From: Ruminococcus sp.
GTDB lineage: Bacteria > Bacillota > Clostridia > Oscillospirales > Acutalibacteraceae
DNA: 64,000 nt
NCBI GenBank assembly: GCA_045654185.1
Contig: JAZOMY010000022.1
Location: 4,891 to 68,890, forward strand
Direction: 5' to 3'
The notes beneath the pieces were generated by a model that was not told the origin of the DNA, searched no databases, and saw only the letters and a list, made by a program, of their open reading frames with translations. This document shows, in pieces, positions 58,189 through 64,000 of this stretch (the first letter of the stretch is position 1; each line of letters opens with the position of its first letter). Both the position numbers and the translations under genes were made by a program.

Positions 58189-59505
58189 TTACCTGTCACG
58201 GATATTTTTGATAATATCCTCTACGGTTTCTTTGAGTTTGGTATTTGTCTGCATCTTCTTTTCCATCTGCTGGATGGTATAGACGATGGTGGAGTAGTGG
58301 CGGTTGCCGAAAGCTTCACCGATAGCAACCATAGAGAGGTCTGTAAGCTCTCTGGCAATATAGATAGCGATATGTCTGGGGTGATTGATGTTGGCGCGTC
58401 TGCTCTTCTGTGAGCGGATATCTTCAGCATCAACACCGAAGGTACGGGCAACTTCCTCCATAATTTTCTCAACTGTATGCTCGGGGGGAGCCTCGTTATT
58501 GAGAATATCGGAGATAACCTCAGCAATAACTATCTGATTGATTTTTTCGTTATTGAGGAGATATCTTGCGTTGAGTTTCTTGACTACGCCCTCAAGCTGA
58601 CGGACGTTGGACTTGATTTTGTTTGCTATGTATTCAGCCTGCTCATTGGTAAGAGGAAGTTCCAGAATATTTGCCTTTTTCTTGATGATGGCAATTCGGG
58701 TTTCAATATCCGGAGGCTGAAGGTCAGCGAGAAGTCCCCACTCAAATCTTGAGCGCAGACGGTCATCGAGAATTTTGATTTCCTTGGGAGGACGGTCAGA
58801 TGTAAGTACAATCTGCTTTCTTGCTTCGTAGAGAGTATTGAAGGTATGGAAGAATTCCTCCTGAGTTCTGTCTCTGCCTGCGATGAACTGAACGTCATCC
58901 ACCAGAAGAACATCCGCCTGTCTGTATTTCTGACGGAATTCCGCAGTGGTGTTGTTACCGATAGACTCGATAAGCTCGTTCATAAAGTCGTCGCCCTTGA
59001 CATACTGGATTTTTTTCTCGGGGTCGTTTTTCTTAATCTCATTGCCGATAGCATAGAGAAGGTGGGTTTTACCCAGACCGGAGCTTCCGTACATCATCAG
59101 AGGGTTGTAGGCGTTGGCGGGATTTGCAGCAACAGCCATAGCTGCTGCATGTGCAAAGGTATTTGATGAACCGACGATAAAGTTCTGGAAAGTGTATTCG
59201 TAAATTGATGTGGGAGTGTTATTTACTTTCTCTTCCTCTTTTTCTTCATCCTCATCGGGAAGAATCAGGCAAATCTCAAAGGTTGTGCCGAATACTGTGG
59301 AGAAAGCCTCGTTTAAAAGAGGCATATAACAACGCTCTAGAGTTTCTTTGTGAAATTCACTGGGAACAAGAAGCTTGGTCTGTCCCTTCTCAAAATCAAG
59401 GGAAACAGGCTCAATGCGGTTTATCCAGGTATCAAAAGCAACGTCTGTTATTTTATCTTTCAGATAGTTGCATATAATATTCCATGCTTCGTTAAAGGAA
59501 TTCAT
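58189..59505 (-). CDS. dnaA: Chromosomal replication initiator DnaA
   Basis: YNPLMMYGSSGLGKTHLL, LLVDDVQF, QEEFFHTFN and RLRSRFEWGL motifs. Start at ATG 59505 behind GGAGG. Confidence 0.97.
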   Translation of the reverse strand: MNSFNEAWNIICNYLKDKITDVAFDTWINRIEPVSLDFEKGQTKLLVPSEFHKETLERCYMPLLNEAFSTVFGTTFEICLILPDEDEEKEEEKVNNTPTSIYEYTFQNFIVGSSNTFAHAAAMAVAANPANAYNPLMMYGSSGLGKTHLLYAIGNEIKKNDPEKKIQYVKGDDFMNELIESIGNNTTAEFRQKYRQADVLLVDDVQFIAGRDRTQEEFFHTFNTLYEARKQIVLTSDRPPKEIKILDDRLRSRFEWGLLADLQPPDIETRIAIIKKKANILELPLTNEQAEYIANKIKSNVRQLEGVVKKLNARYLLNNEKINQIVIAEVISDILNNEAPPEHTVEKIMEEVARTFGVDAEDIRSQKSRRANINHPRHIAIYIARELTDLSMVAIGEAFGNRHYSTIVYTIQQMEKKMQTNTKLKETVEDIIKNIRDR

Positions 59506-59874
59506 TTTAATCCTCCTGTTAAGATTTTTGAACTTACATAGTCTGTTACTGACAAAATTCAGGATAACAACTTTCCTGTGAACAGACAAAACTACTTACT
59601 ATAACATTCTATCAAAAATTTAATAAAAAATCAATGCTTTGGATGTAATTTTTTTGCATTATTAAAGTATATATAACATTTTAATAATACCCCCTGTGGA
59701 AAGAATTTGCCGTACCTGTAATTTGTGTGGGATAAATGGCATAAATACAAGATATTGTGTATAAAATTTTAATTTTTTTAAATCATAATAATATTGAAAA
59801 TTTTTGTTGACTACGGCGCAAATTTGAGTTATAATGCTAACTTGTAAGGTTATGTATCCGAAAGGAGGATTAAT
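59506..59874. promoter_or_regulatory. Divergent dnaA/rpmH promoter region with DnaA-box-like sites
   Basis: TGTGGAAAG (59695), TGTGTATAA (59756) and TATAAT at 59830; AT-rich. Confidence 0.6.
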
Positions 59875-60009
59875 ATGCTCAGAACATATCAACCCAAGAA
59901 GCTCCACAGAAAGAAGGAGCACGGCTTCAGAAAAAGAATGTCCGACAAAAACGGACGCAAGGTTCTTGCCCGCAGAAGAGCAAAAGGCAGAAAGAGACTC
60001 TCTTATTAA
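59875..60009 (+). CDS. rpmH: 50S ribosomal protein L34 (not in the ORF track)
   Basis: [44 protein letters not shown]. Confidence 0.97.
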   Translation: MLRTYQPKKLHRKKEHGFRKRMSDKNGRKVLARRRAKGRKRLSY

Positions 60010-60089
60010 AAGTGAGGACCACTCTCAAAGGTGGTCTTTCTTTTTATGAGAAAAAAACTTTAGTCAGGCTGATAGATTCAGGTGGTTAG

Positions 60090-60428
60090 ATGAGTGAATT
60101 TGTCACTTTGAAAGAGAATCGGGAATTCAGACGTGCCTATACACGAGGCAGGTCCTTTGTTTCGTCCGATCTCGTTACATACGTTATCAAAAATAATACA
60201 AATAACCTTAGAATAGGCATAACTACCGGAAAGAAAATCGGCAAGGCATACGAGCGTAATCGCTCACGGCGAATCATCAGAGCAGCTCTCAGGGAAGTTT
60301 ATCCCGATATCAGGGGAAATTTTGACCTTGTATTTGTTGCAAGAGGAAAAACTCCCCACAGAAAGAGCAGCGACATTCTCAGAAGTATGAGAAAACACCT
60401 TAAAGAAGCAGGTCTTCTGGAGAAGTAA
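60090..60428 (+). CDS. rnpA: Ribonuclease P protein component
   Basis: [35 protein letters not shown] motifs. Confidence 0.95.
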   Translation: MSEFVTLKENREFRRAYTRGRSFVSSDLVTYVIKNNTNNLRIGITTGKKIGKAYERNRSRRIIRAALREVYPDIRGNFDLVFVARGKTPHRKSSDILRSMRKHLKEAGLLEK

Positions 60429-60429
60429 A

Positions 60430-60669
60430 ATGAAGAAAATTCTGCTTTCAATGATTCGTTTTTATCAGAAGAATATATCTCCGCTTTTTCCCCCTGCCTG
60501 CAAGTATCATCCCACCTGTTCCCAATACGGATACGAGGCAGTGGAGCGCTTTGGAATTTTCAAAGGTTCGGCGCTTGCATTGTGGAGATTTCTCAGGTGT
60601 AATCCTTTCTCTAAGGGCGGATACGACCCTGTGCCTGAGAAAAAAGAAAAGAAAAAGAAGAAAGGTTAA
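60430..60669 (+). CDS. yidD: Membrane protein insertion efficiency factor
   Basis: [10 protein letters not shown] and [14 protein letters not shown] motifs. Confidence 0.95.
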   Translation: MKKILLSMIRFYQKNISPLFPPACKYHPTCSQYGYEAVERFGIFKGSALALWRFLRCNPFSKGGYDPVPEKKEKKKKKG

Positions 60670-60673
60670 GCTT

Positions 60674-61588
60674 ATGGAAATTGTCGGCAGTCTGTTTGGT
60701 TATGTGCTGTGGTTTGCATATGAGCTGGTGAACAGCTATCCTGTTGCTATTATCATTTTCACAATTCTTGCGAAAATAGTACTCTTTCCTCCTTCTGTAA
60801 AACAGCAGAAGTCGATGGCAGGTAACGCAAGACTTCAGAGAAAAATGACGGAGCTGCGCGAAAAATACGCAAATAACAGAGAAAAGCTTAACGAAGAAAC
60901 ACAGAAACTCTATGAACAAGAGGGTGCAAGTCCCTACGGCGGCTGTCTTACTTCTATCATTCCCATGATTATTATGCTGGGTGTTTTCTACGCAGTTGCC
61001 TATCCTCTGACAAATACTTTGCATATCGACAAAGAAATGTATGAGAATGCCAAGAATGTTCTGATTTCTATCCCCGGCCTTAACATCAGTTCTACTGCTA
61101 TGTACGGCGGCCAGATTGATATTCTCAGATATTTCAATTCCTTTGAGTGTATCAGAGCCTGCTTTGAGGGCGGAAGTCACAGCATTCAGGAAATCAGTGA
61201 ATTTTGTAGTTCATTTAACTTTACCGGTTTCAATCTTCTTGAAACTCCCAAAGATCACGGTTTCTCAATTTATCTCATTATCCCCGTACTCTGCTTTGCT
61301 ACATCTGTGGGTTCACAGTATTTTATGACAAAGCTCAACGGTACAGCTGCAAGTCAGCAGGGTTGTATGAAAGTTATGCTCTTCGGTCTTCCCCTTATTT
61401 CCGCATACTTTGCATTTACAGTGCCCTCCGCAGTAGGATTTTACTGGATTTGTTCCACAGTATTGGGATTTGTACAGTCACTTATTATGCACTATTTCTT
61501 CGGCCCCGATATGATGGTGGCACGTTCAGAGGCAGCCAGAATTGCAAGGCTCGAAAACGAAGAATCAAGAGTTGCACGTTTCAAGTAA
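60674..61588 (+). CDS. yidC: YidC/Oxa1 membrane protein insertase
   Basis: KQQKSM, QKLYEQEGASPYGGCL and PSAVGFYW motifs. Start at ATG 60674. Confidence 0.92.
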   Translation: MEIVGSLFGYVLWFAYELVNSYPVAIIIFTILAKIVLFPPSVKQQKSMAGNARLQRKMTELREKYANNREKLNEETQKLYEQEGASPYGGCLTSIIPMIIMLGVFYAVAYPLTNTLHIDKEMYENAKNVLISIPGLNISSTAMYGGQIDILRYFNSFECIRACFEGGSHSIQEISEFCSSFNFTGFNLLETPKDHGFSIYLIIPVLCFATSVGSQYFMTKLNGTAASQQGCMKVMLFGLPLISAYFAFTVPSAVGFYWICSTVLGFVQSLIMHYFFGPDMMVARSEAARIARLENEESRVARFK

Positions 61589-61657
61589 TTTAAACAGAAA
61601 ATTAACATTGACAGATTAAATCTGTTAACTTAAATGAATAAATAACATTACAAGAAG

Positions 61658-62458
61658 GTGAAATGTTTGATTAGAGAAGCTATCGGTATCGGTGATACCG
61701 AGGTAGAAGCTCAGGAGGATGCTTGCAGACAGCTTGGCGTTGAAACATACGAAGCTGAGTTTGAGATTATCCAGAGAGCTGAAAAGAAAATTCTCGGACT
61801 TTTCGGCGGCAGCCGTGCAAAGGTCCGTGCTTATATCAAGGCTACTCCCGCAGATGCTGCGGAGGATTTTGTAAGAAACGTTCTTACTGCTATGGGTCTT
61901 GAGAATATTAATCTCGATATCAAAGAAAATGAGGAAAGCGGCGTTGTTATTGACCTTTCCGGCGAGGATGTAGGTTATGTTATCGGCAGACGCGGTGAAA
62001 CTCTGGATGCTCTCCAGTATCTCACAGGTCTCGTTGCCAACCATGTTGATAATTCCTATTATAAAGTTACCATCAATACAGGTGACTTCAGAGAAAAGAG
62101 AGAAAAGACTCTGGAAATTCTCGGCAGAAAACTTGCTTTCAAGGCAGTCAAGACAGGTTACAAGACAAGCCTTGAGCCTATGAATCCTTACGAGAGACGT
62201 ATTATTCACACCGCTGTTCAGAAAGTTAACGGCGCTACCTCCTGGAGTGAGGGTGAGAATCTTAACCGTCACGTTGTTATCGGTCCCGACCCCAAGGCAC
62301 CCCGTGCACAGAGAGGTCGCGGCGGCAGAGGCAGAGGCGGCTACGACAGACGTCCCAAGAGAAACTTCGACAGTAAGGAAGCAGTAGATAACACACCTAA
62401 GCGCGCACCCATCAATGAGGGCGAAGGCACAGGTCTCTACGGCAGAATTGATAAATAA
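61658..62458 (+). CDS. jag: Jag/EloR RNA-binding protein (start may be TTG at 61667)
   Basis: KKILGLFG, KH motif IGRRGETLDALQYL, R3H motif MNPYERRIIH. Confidence 0.92.
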   Translation: MKCLIREAIGIGDTEVEAQEDACRQLGVETYEAEFEIIQRAEKKILGLFGGSRAKVRAYIKATPADAAEDFVRNVLTAMGLENINLDIKENEESGVVIDLSGEDVGYVIGRRGETLDALQYLTGLVANHVDNSYYKVTINTGDFREKREKTLEILGRKLAFKAVKTGYKTSLEPMNPYERRIIHTAVQKVNGATSWSEGENLNRHVVIGPDPKAPRAQRGRGGRGRGGYDRRPKRNFDSKEAVDNTPKRAPINEGEGTGLYGRIDK

Positions 62459-62523
62459 TTTCGGCGGATTTTGCCCGTCGGTTTATAGGGCGGCGGTAAG
62501 CTGCCCTATATTTTTTATTCAGT

Positions 62524-62555
62524 TTTTCAACATAATTTGAAATCAATGTTGAAAA
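62524..62555. promoter_or_regulatory. Inverted pair of TTTTCAACA DnaA-box-like sites upstream of mnmE
   Basis: TTTTCAACA (62524-62532) and TGTTGAAAA (62547-62555), the same 9-mer as in oriC. Confidence 0.6.
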
Positions 62556-62590
62556 CCACACAAACACTCTCAGAATATGAAGGTGAAGAT

Positions 62591-63958
62591 ATGACAGACA
62601 GAACAATAGCCGCAATAAGTACTGCACAGGGTGAAGGCGGTATCGGTATTATCAGAATTTCGGGAACTGAGGCAATAGCTGTTGCCGACAGGGTTTTCCG
62701 CTCTGTGGGAGAGAAACCCCTCTGTGCTCTGAAAGGTTACCGTGCATCCTATGGAAAAATTGTTTCACAGAATCAGATTATCGATGAGGCGGTAGCAATT
62801 GTATATCGTGCACCTCACAGTTATACAGGTGAGGATGTGGTTGAACTTTGCTGTCACGGCGGACTTTATGTTACCCGTCAGGTTCTGCGTACTGTCATTG
62901 ATGAGGGTGCCTCTCTGGCAGAGCCGGGAGAATTCACAAAGAGAGCCTTTATAAACGGAAAAATGGACCTTTGTGAAGCACAGTCGGTTATGGATATTAT
63001 CTCTGCCCAGAGCCGTCAGGCGGCAAGAGCCGCGGTGAGTGTCCGCCAGGGCGCTCTGTCTGTAAAAATCAATACAATGAAATCTAAACTTCTGAGCCTT
63101 GCGGCGCATCTTTCCGCATGGGCGGATTTTCCCGAGGAAGATATTCCCGAGGTTCAGGATACTGCGGTACTTTCTGACCTTCAGTTCTGCGAGAAAACCC
63201 TCGTGAAACTTCTTCAGGATTACGAAAAAGGCAAGGCTGTTACAAAAGGTGTGGATACGGTTATCGCAGGTAAACCCAATGTTGGTAAATCCACCCTGAT
63301 GAATCTTCTCTCCGGATTTGAAAAGAGCATAGTAACGGAAATTCCCGGCACCACCCGGGATGTTGTGGAGGAGTCGGTTATTGTGGGAGATGTTACACTG
63401 CGACTTTCAGACACAGCAGGAATAAGAGAAACCGATAATGAAGTAGAAAAAATCGGCGTACTCAGAGCTAAAGAAAAACTCAACTCCTCTGCACTTGTTC
63501 TGGCTGTTTTTGACGGCAGTCGGGAGTTTGACGAGGAAGATAAACACCTTATCAATAGTCTTGAGGGTATTCCCACAGTGGCTATTGTCAACAAAACCGA
63601 CCTTGAACTTAAATTTGATACTTCATATCTTAATGAAAAAATAGGAAAAATTGTTTATATAAGTGCCAAAGAGGGTGACGGCAAAGACGACCTTGAACAG
63701 GCTGTCACCGAGTTACTTGGTACAAAGGATTTTAATCCTTCCGAAGGTATACTTTCCACCGAGCGCCAGAGAGAAGCAACACAGAAAGCTCTCAACAGTG
63801 TAAGGGATGCAGTCAATACGCTGACTTTTGGCTATTCTCTGGATGCGGTAACGGTGTGTGTTGAGGATGCTATCGAAAGCCTCCTCTCTCTCACAGGCGA
63901 GAATTTAAGCGAAACGGTAGTTAATGAGGTATTCCACAACTTCTGTCTCGGAAAATAA
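62591..63958 (+). CDS. mnmE: tRNA modification GTPase MnmE
   Basis: IAAISTA, GKPNVGKSTL, GTTRD, DTAG, NKTD and C-terminal FCLGK motifs. Confidence 0.96.
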   Translation: MTDRTIAAISTAQGEGGIGIIRISGTEAIAVADRVFRSVGEKPLCALKGYRASYGKIVSQNQIIDEAVAIVYRAPHSYTGEDVVELCCHGGLYVTRQVLRTVIDEGASLAEPGEFTKRAFINGKMDLCEAQSVMDIISAQSRQAARAAVSVRQGALSVKINTMKSKLLSLAAHLSAWADFPEEDIPEVQDTAVLSDLQFCEKTLVKLLQDYEKGKAVTKGVDTVIAGKPNVGKSTLMNLLSGFEKSIVTEIPGTTRDVVEESVIVGDVTLRLSDTAGIRETDNEVEKIGVLRAKEKLNSSALVLAVFDGSREFDEEDKHLINSLEGIPTVAIVNKTDLELKFDTSYLNEKIGKIVYISAKEGDGKDDLEQAVTELLGTKDFNPSEGILSTERQREATQKALNSVRDAVNTLTFGYSLDAVTVCVEDAIESLLSLTGENLSETVVNEVFHNFCLGK

Positions 63959-64000
63959 CCTCTTTTATTTAATAAAACATTATCTAATATAAAGGATAGT

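Overview
Chromosomal origin region of a Clostridia genome, probably an Oscillospiraceae/Ruminococcus-like gut organism (inferred from a dockerin protein, a split MetH and gene order). The right end carries mnmE-jag-yidC-yidD-rnpA-rpmH // dnaA-oriC-dnaN-yaaA-recF-remB-like-gyrB-gyrA. The rest is mostly housekeeping: lexA, asnB, ribF, GtrA/GT2/YfhO, hisS-aspS, metF/metH, lepA, opp, rpsO-pnp, a Crp/Fnr-linked ABC importer and a GH13 enzyme. Three AT-rich accessory inserts interrupt it: an M4 protease lipoprotein (23-26 kb), a tRNA-Thr-linked cluster (37.5-39 kb) and a PstS-like cassette (48.2-49.7 kb). I found no integrase, transposase, CRISPR array or rRNA. Most interesting observations: (1) a ~210-nt multi-hairpin element fused to the CCA end of tRNA-Thr(CGT), next to a four-helix-bundle gene, with a second degenerate CCA+terminator junction downstream, resembling a cassette array; (2) an exact 36-bp terminator duplication plus homologous promoters bracketing the PstS-like cassette; (3) a DnaA with a divergent DNA-recognition helix and matching non-canonical TTWTCAACA boxes; (4) a candidate C-rich sRNA between lexA and asnB. 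All product calls come from motif recognition by eye; no database searches were run.
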